64,000 nucleotides of DNA. Source: Eledone cirrhosa (lineage: Eukaryota). Below the pieces are notes generated by a model that saw nothing but the letters and a program-made list of their open reading frames with translations, was not told where the DNA came from and made no database searches. Below are positions 12,892 to 24,304 of the stretch, one piece after another. How positions within the stretch are numbered: the first letter of the stretch is position 1; every line of letters begins with the position of its first letter. The position numbers and the translations under genes are program-made. The stretch is from contig OZ024742.1 of the NCBI GenBank assembly GCA_964016885.1, positions 195,858,001 through 195,922,000 on the forward strand, read 5' to 3'.

Positions 12892-13721
12892 CACCTCATG
12901 CGATACATTATAGAGAGGGTAGGGTGTAAACCCGGCTTCGGTGGGGCCCTGATCAACTTGGATCAGTCTCAGGCTTTCGATAGAGTTGACCATCGTTACC
13001 TGGATGCGGTGCTCGAGGCGGCAGGCTTCTGACCCGTGTTCAAGGGCTGGATTGCTTCAATGCAGACCAGCAACATCTGCTCAAAGGTCAAGGTTAACGG
13101 CTACTTCTCGGAGCCGTTCCATATCACGCGATCCATCCGACAGGGATGCCCTCTCTCCTCTCTTCTGTACGCACTGACTCTCGAGCCACTACTGCGGAAG
13201 TTGTAGCTATTGCAGGGCATCCCTTTGGAACCGGGACTGCGAAAAGCGGCGTCAGCCTACGCCGACGACGTGACAGTAATGGTGTCGAGCACCTCGCAAA
13301 TAGGGGAGGTCGGCACCTTACTGGAGGAATACGAAAGGTTCACAGGAGCGAAGCTGAACCAGGACAAATCTGTCGGTTTGCAACTCGGTACGTGGAGAGG
13401 CAAACCGATGCCTTCCGATGGCCTCGTCGGACGCTGGACGGAAGGACCGGTAAAGCTGCTCGGGGTCTGGTTTGGTCCGGACCTCCAGGTGGAGAAGAAC
13501 TGGAACGAGGTGACGGCCAAGGTGTTTGCGCTCACCCAGAAGTGGGCCGAGTGTAAACTATCCTTGAAAGGTCGAGTGGAGGTGGCGAACACTTTTATAG
13601 GGTCCGTCATCTACTACCGCTTGACCGGCGTGCCTTGTCCAGCCAAAACGCTCACCAAAATGGAGCGCGCGCTCTTCCAATTCCTTTGGAAGAAACGGGC
13701 TCCTTTGGTGAGAAGATCCAT
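12892..13721 (+). mobile_element. Internal RT fragment of an L1/Tx1-like LINE
   Basis: HLMRYI...LINLDQSQAFDRVDH, RQGCPLS, SAYADD, KLSLKGR, with stops; ends abruptly at agaagatccat. Confidence 0.9.
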
Positions 13722-13764
13722 ACGGTGCTGACGATAGCTAATAAGCTTGAAACTAGTACATCGT
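13722..13764 (+). ncRNA. Minimal type I hammerhead ribozyme motif (Penelope-type)
   Basis: acggtg-CTGACGA-t-agct(aata)agct-t-GAAA-ctag-TA-catcgt: 6-bp stem I with one G-U pair, 4-bp stem II with a T-T first pair, palindromic helix III, GUA site. Confidence 0.7.
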
Positions 13765-14063
13765 TCCTTTGTCAGTGTTGAACAAAAGGGCAACGATGGT
13801 TGCTAAACACAGTACGGCTTAATTTGGGATGTTTGTTTACAAACAGGCATTATAATAAATGTTCGGTAAATCCATACGTACATATATATATATATGTGTG
13901 CATGTATGTATATATATATACATACTACTGTACATCTGTATACATATATGTATGTACGTATATATACTTATATTTAAGTAACAGCCGTACTAAGAGTGAG
14001 AAATGAAATTTCGTTTCATTTTTTCCATTTATCGTTTTCGGTGCGCCCGGTCGATTAACTCAA

Positions 14064-14250
14064 TTCAATGCCAAATACTACAGACAGTGATCTGGGACGG
14101 CCATGGGCACGAAAGTAGCCCGCTCATACGCCCAAGATGTCATGGGATATTTGGAAACCACTCTCTACCGCAAAGTTCTAGACAAATACGGCAACCACTT
14201 CTACCAACACATAGAAAAGAACTGGGAGAGATATCTGGACGACTGCTTCA
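14064..14250 (+). mobile_element. Penelope-like element RT fragment (pseudogenised)
   Basis: Manual translation from 14064: FNAKYYRQ*SGTAMGTKVARSYAQDVMGYLE...NWERYLDDCF, matching the Penelope-like GxAMG and RYxDD motifs; not in the supplied ORF track in this frame. Confidence 0.85.
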
Positions 14251-14469
14251 CTACACCAATACATGTCACTATCATTTGATATTGCATAAAAATGATGAAA
14301 CCGGTAATAGACAATTATTAAATATATAAATAGATAAATAAATGCCATTGTTAATTAATAAATAAATCAACTAATACCTTAACACTTCACACAAAGGAAA
14401 ACATTTCGTTTTAATCATTTTCTAACCCAGAACAAAAAGAGAGAAAGAAAAATACATTTCTCTTCCTAA

Positions 14470-14577
14470 TAATTGTTTCTATTTTAGGCACAAGGCCAGC
14501 AATTACCCAGTGCATTACTGGTACTTTATTTTATCGACCCCGTAAGGATGAAAGGCAAAGTTAACCTCGGCGGGATT
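14470..14577 (-). mobile_element. tRNA-derived SINE, 5'-truncated
   Basis: SINE 3' half; flanked by direct repeat tcttcctaataat. Confidence 0.85.
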
Positions 14578-14675
14578 TTTCTTCCTAATAATATTTTTCT
14601 TCCTAATAATCATCTCTTTCATATATACATATATATCCTAACTCGTGTGCTTCCTCTCCACATGTTATTATTATT

Positions 14676-15362
<687 letters not shown>

Positions 15363-15456
15363 TTCATTAAGTAAGCAAAACAAGACCACAAATTTCACAA
15401 GGAATACATTATTAAAAGATTGTCAACATATTTTAGTTTGATGTAAGGAATGTAGA

Positions 15457-15534
<78 letters not shown>

Positions 15535-15794
15535 TTTCTTTATTAACCACAAGGGTTTACATAAAGTAGACATTAAGGACAGTGCAGGACAATGCAGGAC
15601 GGTACAAATGGGCATTTCTGCGTGTAAAAAAACAAAAACAGAGGATGTAACAAAAATAACAATGAAAATAACAATGAAAAATTCCCCAATAGGGGGGAGA
15701 CTTCGGAGGGACATTTGTGGAGAAAGCCCAGTAAAAAGCCACAATGACCCTGACCACCAAGGCAAGTGCCCTCTCCCAGTTTTCCACCTTTAGT

Positions 15795-18700
15795 TTACAG
15801 ATATATACTCAGAGTCGGCCCATTCACTCGGGCCATTCTTGCTTCTCTCACCCATCTTTCAACAAAATGCTGGAAAGAGAGCACTTCCTTCTCTACTCTG
15901 ATTTTCCTTTTCAAATGAAATTTGAAAAAGTCAATCAGAGCATCACCGAAGAGGTAAGTGCTCGTCTTCAGCCCTTTCAAACGTGTCCACCATACTATCT
16001 CTTTCGCCATGGCCACCAGACAGATAAAAACTGCCTGCCCTTCCCGGCTAAAGGAGGAGGGCGGGGCAATCCTCACGATAGACTCAGATGATAGCTGGAT
16101 CCGTCCTAAACGCGACAGCAGGTGTTCGACATAAACCCACAAGTCAGCAATTTTCGGACACTGGACGAGTGCGTGCAGGACGGTTTCGTCGCCCTGCGCG
16201 CATCTCGGACATGCCCGGCTGACGGCACCTCCATGCCTGTAGAGTTTATCCCGAACTGGCAAGGCTCCTCGGTAGCACTGCCAGGCCAGAGATTTCTGGA
16301 AGTTGTCCATAGGCCCTGGCCCGAAAGTTCTTCCGAAGAGATTGGCTAGTTGATTTTCGTCGACGCCTAGAGTTTCCCCAAGTACGTCGTCGCTCTTCCC
16401 CTCCACTAATCCTCTATAGAACGCCGAGGTGGAGTTTCCACCGATCACATTGCCCGATTGGTCGAGGGCTGTGAGCGCCTGAAGACATTCCAGTCTCCAG
16501 GCGCTCCCTCTCGGTCTTCGCTTGACCCAGGACTGCAGCTCCGTCAAGGAAACGAGCTGGGGAAAAACGCGTCTAGCAAACGGCGACCACACCTGATCAC
16601 CGTCGAGGAAGAGGTGGAGATGTCGTAGCCTGAGCGCGTGCCTGCGCATCATCAGCCACGGCATGCCCAGCCCTCCACGTAGCGGGTGTTGACAACAGAT
16701 GGACCGCCTGACCATCGGAGCACGTCCCTTCCACAAAAAGCGAAAGAGCAAACGCTCCAGCGCAGTCAGGCGAGGCTTAGGACAAGGTACGACGGTTAGG
16801 CGGTAGCAGATGACAGACGCGATGTACGCGTTAGCCACCTCCGCTCGACCTTTCAGGGATAGCTTCCTCTCCGCCCATTTCTGGGTGAGAGAAGCCACCC
16901 TGCTCGTCACCTCGTCCCAGTTTTTGTCCGTCTGGAGGTCCGGACCGAACCAGACCCCTAGCAATTTAACCGGTCCGTCCGTCCAGCGCCCGACGACGCT
17001 GTTGGACGGCATGGACCTGCCTCTCCAGGTGCCGAGCTGCAGGCCCACTGACTTTTCCTGGTTGATCATTGCTCCTGTCACCGCTTCGTATTCTCTTAGT
17101 GTAGTGCCGATCGCCTCGATGTGTTTGGCGTTCGACACCACTACGGTGACATCGTCCGCATATGCTGACACGGATCTTCCGCATCCTAGTTCGCGCGGGA
17201 CTCCCCTCAACGTCTCCAGTTTGTGCAGTAATGGCTCGAGAGTCAATACGTACAAGAGGGACGAGAGGGGACATCCTTGGCGGACCGAGCGCATGATGTT
17301 GAACGGTTCCGACAGGTGACCGTTCACTCTCACCACAGAGCAGATGTCGCTGTGCATGGCAGCGATCCAGCCTCTGAAGACGGGCCCAAAGCCAGCCGCC
17401 CTCAGGACTGCCGCTAGGTAACGATGGTCGACCCTATCGAAAGCTTTCGACTGATCTAAATTGATCAAGGACCCACCCGTGCCAGGTTCCCTAGCTACCC
17501 TCTCTACGATGTATCGCATGAGGTGGAGGTTGTCGTGGATGGATCTGTCGGGAATGGCGCATGTCTGCGCCTCTCCCACCAGACCACCAACGACAAGCGC
17601 CAACCTCTTTGCTAGCACCTTGGCCAAAATCTTAAACTCTGTGTTTAGCAGAGTTATGGGCCGGAAATTGTCTATGTTATCCCCCTTGTTCGGATCCTTT
17701 CTCAGCAGTGCCACCGCTCCTCGGCTCACAGAACTGGGAATTCTCCCGTTCTGTTGCCAGTTGCAGTAGACGTCCGCCAAGAGGCCTCCGAACAAGTCTG
17801 GCATCTGTACGTAAAGTTCATAGGGCAGACCATCCAAACCAGGCGATTTACCCCTTGTGCAGCCAGTCATTGCCTCCCTTACTTCAGCGGCTGTTATCGG
17901 CTTTTCGCAACACTTCGCCTCAGTGGCCGAGAGCCGCGGCAGTCCGTCGAGGTAGACACTAAAGTCCATCCCTCTACCCGGCCCCCCGCTGCCCCCGAAC
18001 AGCTGAGCGAAGTGTCGCTGAAAAGCTTCACACATTTGCCCGGGATCGAGTAGCATGCGCCCGTCGTGGTCCACCAAAGACCGGATCGTGGCTTTGTTGC
18101 CACGACGCGCCTCCGCCACTCGGGCCCATTGAACGGCTTTCGTCCCCTCGTGTCTGAGAGCACGCACCCTAGCTCTGACAACGCAGCCTTCGTGCTTTGC
18201 ATTGAAGAATTGGTCAAGGGCCAATTTCGCCGCAAGCACGTCGGTCGCAATGCCTTTGCTAAGCGCCTCGTCTAATTTTCTAACTAGTTCTCCCTCTGCT
18301 CTATTTTTCTCTATTGCTAAAGCCTTACTAAACCTAATCGATTCTATTCTAATCGCTCTTTTCAGAGCAAACCACCACTTGTTGTTGACGATGGCCCCCG
18401 TCAACGCCCGCTTAACTAGTTCGCTAATCCGGTCTCTGTAGGCCTTGCGCGCTGGTAAGGACGCGTTTAGCTTCCAGTAGCCGGGTCCTCGTCTATGAAG
18501 CCTATCTAAGTCAAGCACACAGATCACGAATTTGTGGTCCGTGTAGCTGACTATCTTGAATTGTGGACAGCCTATGCTAGACCTATCTATTTCCCTACAA
18601 AATACTCTATCTAGATATGATCTGGATGACCCTATGCGGTTTGTCCAAGTCCACATTGGCACATTCGGGAAATCCAATCGGTACCTGTCAGACAGTTCAA

Positions 18701-19214
18701 AACGCCTGAGCAGGTTGGTGAGGCTCTTGCACCCTCCACCCCTATCCGCTAATCCCACACAGTCCCAGCGTGCATCTAAGATCCCGTTCCAGTCGCCCAC
18801 TAACACTAAAGAGCGCGACGTTCCAAGAAAGGTCTCCAGACGCCGGAAGAAATCAGGCCGCCCTGCTCCTGTCGGGGCATAGACGGCCACTAGCCTGAAA
18901 GCTTGCCCGTCTCCGCTGGTCACGTCCAGCACCACCAGCTTACCCTCTGGGTCCAGGAAGATGGCCCGTATGGCGAGATCCAAACCTCTCCGAAAAAGCA
19001 CAGCAACTCCTCCACCCGATCCAGGACGGCTGGGAGATGCGTACACATCGTAGCCGCCGAAGATCGGTGCGAAGGCCCGTGCTTCGGAGATTCTGGTCTC
19101 GCTGATGGCCACTACATCTATGTTTAGTGACCTGAGGTCGTTGAGCAGGTGACCCTGCTTCCATGACGACCCCAAGCCACGCGCATTTATGCTGCCTATT
19201 CTGAGTGAGGTCAT
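15795..19214 (-). CDS. Tx1-like ORF2 (APE endonuclease, reverse transcriptase, C-terminal zinc knuckle), 1139 aa, uninterrupted
   Basis: SINARGL, AISETR, GDWN, YLDR, YTDH; KSPGLDG, FRPITLLN, LDQSKAFD, VRQGCPLS, AYADD; CPRC...ETVLHALVQC. Confidence 0.95.
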   Translation of the reverse strand: MTSLRIGSINARGLGSSWKQGHLLNDLRSLNIDVVAISETRISEARAFAPIFGGYDVYASPSRPGSGGGVAVLFRRGLDLAIRAIFLDPEGKLVVLDVTSGDGQAFRLVAVYAPTGAGRPDFFRRLETFLGTSRSLVLVGDWNGILDARWDCVGLADRGGGCKSLTNLLRRFELSDRYRLDFPNVPMWTWTNRIGSSRSYLDRVFCREIDRSSIGCPQFKIVSYTDHKFVICVLDLDRLHRRGPGYWKLNASLPARKAYRDRISELVKRALTGAIVNNKWWFALKRAIRIESIRFSKALAIEKNRAEGELVRKLDEALSKGIATDVLAAKLALDQFFNAKHEGCVVRARVRALRHEGTKAVQWARVAEARRGNKATIRSLVDHDGRMLLDPGQMCEAFQRHFAQLFGGSGGPGRGMDFSVYLDGLPRLSATEAKCCEKPITAAEVREAMTGCTRGKSPGLDGLPYELYVQMPDLFGGLLADVYCNWQQNGRIPSSVSRGAVALLRKDPNKGDNIDNFRPITLLNTEFKILAKVLAKRLALVVGGLVGEAQTCAIPDRSIHDNLHLMRYIVERVAREPGTGGSLINLDQSKAFDRVDHRYLAAVLRAAGFGPVFRGWIAAMHSDICSVVRVNGHLSEPFNIMRSVRQGCPLSSLLYVLTLEPLLHKLETLRGVPRELGCGRSVSAYADDVTVVVSNAKHIEAIGTTLREYEAVTGAMINQEKSVGLQLGTWRGRSMPSNSVVGRWTDGPVKLLGVWFGPDLQTDKNWDEVTSRVASLTQKWAERKLSLKGRAEVANAYIASVICYRLTVVPCPKPRLTALERLLFRFLWKGRAPMVRRSICCQHPLRGGLGMPWLMMRRHALRLRHLHLFLDGDQVWSPFARRVFPQLVSLTELQSWVKRRPRGSAWRLECLQALTALDQSGNVIGGNSTSAFYRGLVEGKSDDVLGETLGVDENQLANLFGRTFGPGPMDNFQKSLAWQCYRGALPVRDKLYRHGGAVSRACPRCAQGDETVLHALVQCPKIADLWVYVEHLLSRLGRIQLSSESIVRIAPPSSFSREGQAVFICLVAMAKEIVWWTRLKGLKTSTYLFGDALIDFFKFHLKRKIRVEKEVLSFQHFVERWVREARMARVNGPTLSIYL

Positions 19215-19249
19215 GTTTAAAATAGAGTGGAAAAGATGGGAAAGACCAC

Positions 19250-20857
19250 TTACCGTATTTTTGGTAGAGGAGGGATGGTTTTTACATCCCTTTTCACTTG
19301 ATCGTCTGGTGAAGGGACCGTTGAATCGTCCCTTCGGCTGGTCGTCGGCTCTTCTAAGAGAATGTCTGAATATACTCTTCGATTAATGGTTCCTCCTAGG
19401 TCCCTGAAATCACCAACTGCGTTGGGGAATTTCGTTTTAATGTTTGTGTATTGTTTCTGTGCTATTTTTAGCAGTCTTATGTTAGTTGGCGTTTTGATTG
19501 GTGCTGGTATTATGTAGTCCTGTTGTGAAATGTCTGTGTGTTCAATTATGTAAGTCATTAGTTTCTTGTTGTGTGTGTTTATTGCCGTGCATTTGTTTTT
19601 CTGGGGGTGGGGTGTGGTTCTGCTATTTTCTTGTCGTTGTTGCTGGGTGTGTGTGTTTTGTTGTTGTGTTTGCGATGTTGGTGCTTGTGGTGGTGGTGTT
19701 GAAGGTGTTGTTGGCGGTGGGGTTGTCGCCGGTGGTGATGGTGGTGCTGGTGTGGGTGGTGATGGTGTTGGTGGTGTTGCTGCTGTGGGTCTCTTTGCAG
19801 TAGACTTTACCCTTTTCTCATTTCTTTCCTCCCTTTTCAAAGGCGACGATGCGCTGCTTCTGCGTTTGTGCCTTCTTGAGACCTTTTGCCATCCCTCTCC
19901 CACCTCACACTCCATGTCTGATTCTGTAAGGTCGGGGAGGGGTACCAGCTCCACTCTTTCACTTGTTGTTGTTGGTGATGTTTGCACTGGAGTCTCTGTT
20001 GCAGCTGCATTTGGTATTGCTGTTGTTGTTGTTAATATTTCCACTGCTGCTGCTGTCTTTGATTTCCGTGGAGTGGGTATGGGTGCCACGGACCTATCGT
20101 TCCTGGTTGCCGCTTGTCCTGTTGCTGGTAGCCGTGGAACCGGATTCGGGAGGAGGGGGGTTTTCTCCTTTCTCAGGGTCTTCTCGTTGCAGAAGGCCCT
20201 GAGGTGAGTCTTCGATCCACAGCGAAAGCATTTCGGGCGTTTGCCCTCAACACTTATGGGCAGTTGAGTGCCGTTATCGAAGTCTATCACATCCGGGATA
20301 GCTTCGATGCACTCCTGGTTGGTTTGTATTAGCATCTCAATGGAGGAGCCGACCCAATCTTCTCTTACTTTTTTCTGTACTTGCAGTACAGTTGTTTTGT
20401 CCTCGATTCCGACGAGGACAGACGCGGCCAGCCAAGAAGGGGTCATTCCGGGGGGGACGTGGGTCAGTTTGACCCTCACAATTTTTTGCCCGCAGTAGGA
20501 GGGCACCAACACCATTTCCTCGCTCCTTAGGGTCACTACTGATTGGGCCTTTGCCTCCTGGGGTGTGGCAAAAAGTACGTCTACGGTGGCGTATTTTTTG
20601 CCTCGGGTGATGTGCGTTTTCCTCTGCCACACAGACCCCAAGGCTTTTTGTATTTGGGCCTCTGTGGCTCTTTCCACCCTACGGGATTTTGTACTTACTG
20701 TACGGTACGTGACCGTACAGTGCTCTTGGGTTTCGAAAAAATTTTTCGCTGCCTTGCAGATTGCTCGGTGTCCGTTCTTTGTCACCATCTTCTTCGCTTC
20801 CTCTAATTCCTCATTTGTTATGAGGATTGTTTCCAGGTTTTTCGCAATACCTGCAAA
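19250..20857 (-). CDS. Tx1-like ORF1 (gag-like, CCHC knuckle, Pro/Thr-rich tail), N-terminus missing
   Basis: CFRCGSKTHLRAFC knuckle; frame stays open upstream of the ATG at 20788 (FAGIAKNLETILITNEELEEAKKM) and aligns with SFAIVAKQFEAFTVTQEDLENAKQM at ~46610-46683. Confidence 0.85.
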   Translation of the reverse strand, partial: FAGIAKNLETILITNEELEEAKKMVTKNGHRAICKAAKNFFETQEHCTVTYRTVSTKSRRVERATEAQIQKALGSVWQRKTHITRGKKYATVDVLFATPQEAKAQSVVTLRSEEMVLVPSYCGQKIVRVKLTHVPPGMTPSWLAASVLVGIEDKTTVLQVQKKVREDWVGSSIEMLIQTNQECIEAIPDVIDFDNGTQLPISVEGKRPKCFRCGSKTHLRAFCNEKTLRKEKTPLLPNPVPRLPATGQAATRNDRSVAPIPTPRKSKTAAAVEILTTTTAIPNAAATETPVQTSPTTTSERVELVPLPDLTESDMECEVGEGWQKVSRRHKRRSSASSPLKREERNEKRVKSTAKRPTAATPPTPSPPTPAPPSPPATTPPPTTPSTPPPQAPTSQTQQQNTHTQQQRQENSRTTPHPQKNKCTAINTHNKKLMTYIIEHTDISQQDYIIPAPIKTPTNIRLLKIAQKQYTNIKTKFPNAVGDFRDLGGTINRRVYSDILLEEPTTSRRDDSTVPSPDDQVKRDVKTIPPLPKIR

Positions 20858-20858
20858 T

Positions 20859-21575
20859 GCAGGAGCAGGCCCTCAAAACGAAGTGGTTGAAGCACCATAT
20901 TTACAAGGAGGAGGCTAGCCCACTGTGCAGGATCTGTGGAGAGAGAGAGGAGACTGTGGCTCACATTGTGTCCGAGTGTAAACACCTAGCCCAGACCCAC
21001 TATAAGGGCTGGAGACACGATGTGATGGGCAGGGTGATCCACTGGCACCTGTGCAAAGTAAACAATTTACCACATTCTGAGAAATGGTATGAGCATAGGC
21101 CAGAGGCGGTGATGGAGAACGATCAGGTGAAGGTGCTGTGGGATTTTAGGATACAGACGGACAAAAAACTGGAACACAATAGACCTGACCTGGTGGTTGT
21201 GGACAAAGAAAAAAGATCGTGTCTGATTGTGGATGTGGCCTGCCCGTTCGACACGAGAGTGCAAGAGAAGGAGAGGGAGAAAATTAACCGATACCAGGAC
21301 CTAAAGTGGGAGGTGAAGAGGATTTGGAACTGCCATGAAGTCAAAGTGATCCCGATTGTCATAGGCGCACTGGGGACTATCTCCAAAAGTTTCCAGGGAT
21401 GGTTAAAGAAAATCGGCCCCTTCACGCTTTTTGGAACGCTTCAAAAGGCATGCTTGCTTGGAACAGCAAGAACCCTCCGATACGTCCTGAATATCTGAGG
21501 CTGCAGGTAGTGGCTTGATATTCATTCCAACGGACTTTCCAGTTAACCAACATCAATGACTGAGATTCAAGGAAT
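20859..21575 (+). mobile_element. Dong/R4-like LINE family 1, 3' fragment
   Basis: CRICG...[22 protein letters not shown] (CCHC plus RLE); near-identical to 43099-43815; (TAA)n tail. Confidence 0.92.
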
Positions 21576-21584
21576 AACAACAAC

Positions 21585-21630
<46 letters not shown>

Positions 21631-21632
<2 letters not shown>

Positions 21633-23487
21633 CAAAATCACTGGAAGCTGGAGAAGTTAATATTAATTGTGGAATTTTTCAGGGTGACTCTTTATCACCG
21701 CTTTTATTCTGCATCGCACTTATACCATTAAGTAAAATGCTCAATGAAACAAAACATGGATATAAAGTCTATGACAAAACCATTAATCACCTGTTCTACA
21801 TGGATGACCTGAAACTATTTGCAAAAAATGATGAACAATTGCAAGGGCTATTATCCACGGAGAAGCAGTTCAGTGATGACATTAAAATGGAGTTTGGACT
21901 GGATAAATGCGCCAAAGCAACGTTCACCAGAGGAAAGCTGCTGAAGAGTTCAGACATTAATCTTGATCGGGGGAACGTGATAAGAGAACTTGATCAAGAA
22001 AAAACTTACAAATATCTAGGTGTTTGTGAAGGAGACGGAATCAAGCACTCGACAATGAGGGAAAGGATAAGGAAGGAATGTTACCGCAGACAAAGAGCAA
22101 TCTTAAGAACGGAATTGAATGCAAGGAATAGGATCGATGCCATAAACACGCTTGCCATACCAGTAGTAACCTACAGTTACAATGTCATCAACTGGTCAAG
22201 CACAGAGATCCGTAGGCTCGATACAAAAATCCGAAAATTCTTAACCATGCACAGAATGCATCACCCTAAGGCAGACATAGATAGAATATATCTCCCTAGG
22301 AAAGAAGGAGGACGTGGCTTAATCCAGTTAGACATTGCGTTGAAAACTGCAACAATTGGATTATTCACATATCTAAGGGAATCACATGATTGGATGATCA
22401 AACTCGTTTTGAAACACGAAAGCACCGAAAGATCATATTCCATTACAAAAGATGCACAAAGATACAGTAATGGACTACAAATTTTAGAAGTCCCATTTAC
22501 TGCTGAAATGGAAAACACAGAAAAAGCAAAGCAGGTAAAAGTAACTGCAAAGAAAGAACTGCTACAGAAACTGGCTAAGAAATGGCAAGAAAAGCCTCTG
22601 TATGGAAAATACCCAGAGCGAGCTAACAATCCTGATGTTGACAAAACTTTAACCCATCAGTGGTTGGCATCCTCTGGACTGAAATCGGAGACTGAAGGAC
22701 TGATTATATCGGCACAAGATCAGTGTCTGCCAACAAAAAATTACCAAGCCAACATAATAAAAAATGGGTGCAGCCCATTATGCCGTGTATGCAAAAAACA
22801 ACCAGAGACCATTGACCATATAATTTCAATGTGCAGTCCTATAGCTCCAACCGAATACCTAAACAGGCATGACAGAGCTGCACAATACATACATTGGATA
22901 ATGTGTAAGCATTTTGACCTGCCCCATCAAAAGAATTGGTGGGAGTATCAACCACCTCCCATACTTGAAAAAGATCACATCTCAATCTTGTGGAACTTTA
23001 GCATCCAAACAGACCGAAAAATAGATGCAAATAGACCTGATATAATATTGAAGGACTTTCAAAGGAGGGTATGCCTGCTAATTGATATGTCTGTTCCAAT
23101 AGACAAGAATGTATCTATAAAAACATTTGAAAAATTGAGCAAGTATAAGGACCTGGAGATAGAAATTGGAAAAATGTGGAAATTGAGAACTAAAACAATA
23201 CCAGTGGTTGTAGGCGCTCTGGGAATGATACCTAAGGGGTCTAACGACTACTTATCGCAAATCCCAGGAAACCCGCGTATAGGAGAAATACAAAAGATAG
23301 TACTAATGGGAACTGCCCATATACTAAGGAAGATCCTGTCAATATAAGTACATCACAAGTCTAAACACTAAGGATGCATGTGTGAATATGTATGTTCTTT
23401 CTTGAACATGGCGGACCTTGTTGTCTCTTGAGGTCACTGGTTGTGACTTGGTGATAACTCGTATGAACATAAAGCAAGATAAATGCA

Positions 23488-23490
<3 letters not shown>
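21631..23490 (+). mobile_element. Dong/R4-like LINE family 2, 5'-truncated, ORF open to its stop (21737-23347)
   Basis: [10 protein letters not shown] upstream, FYMDDLK, CRVC...HIISMC, RHD, ANRPDII, KLSKY; (TAA)n on both sides. Confidence 0.92.
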
Positions 23491-23527
<37 letters not shown>

Positions 23528-23706
23528 TCTGTGGAAGATGGACGTTAAACGATGATCATATATATATATATATATATATATAGTCATTTGTGTATATATA
23601 CATTCATTCAACATTCATTCATCAATACAGTCATTTGTATGTTTCATTTGTATATATATATATACGCACGCATACCATCATTTGAGTATTTTATATATAT
23701 ATATAC

Positions 23707-23776
<70 letters not shown>

Positions 23777-23970
23777 AAATTATAAAAATAGACAAAGAAG
23801 CCTTCAATACATCAAAAGTCTTTATTAGCCTACAATGTTTCGTCCCATTAATCAGGACTCATCATTTATAATTTTTCGGCTCTGTTGTATTACATTGAAC
23901 TATACCCTATACTGTCATTTCTATAATACGACGAGTGTGTTTTACTCCAACGCACTCTAGTATTTTTATT

Positions 23971-24032
<62 letters not shown>

Positions 24033-24304
24033 AATTTGTGAGAGACAGGGAGCTGTGTGGTTACTAGATAAAGTGTATTTAAAAATAGAAGGAAAGCACA
24101 GACGCGGGACAATCCCTTCTTCAGTTGTCTGCTGGAGATCACGGACATTCCAACGCATTAAAGACAATATGTCTAACTCCAGTGCGTCAATAACCTGTGG
24201 AAGTTATTGGGGGGGGGGGGAAAGGAGAAAGAAGAAATATATATAGATAGATAGATAGATTTTTTTTTTCTTCAAAGTTCCAACTGCAGTTTCGCCGACT
24301 GGCC

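Larger units (their letters stand above)
15533..20857 (-). mobile_element. L1/Tx1-like LINE, family A copy 1 (5'-truncated within ORF1, ORF2 intact)
   Basis: Two-ORF layout, 3' UTR ending ccttgtggttaataaagaaatc then (ATT)n (15458-15532). Confidence 0.95.

Noticed and set aside
19498-20207. Gly/Val-rich antisense ORFs opposite Tx1 ORF1 (also 47296-47907, 61278-61676)
   Set aside because: Expected by-product of the A/C-rich Pro/Thr-coding strand; not conserved between copies.
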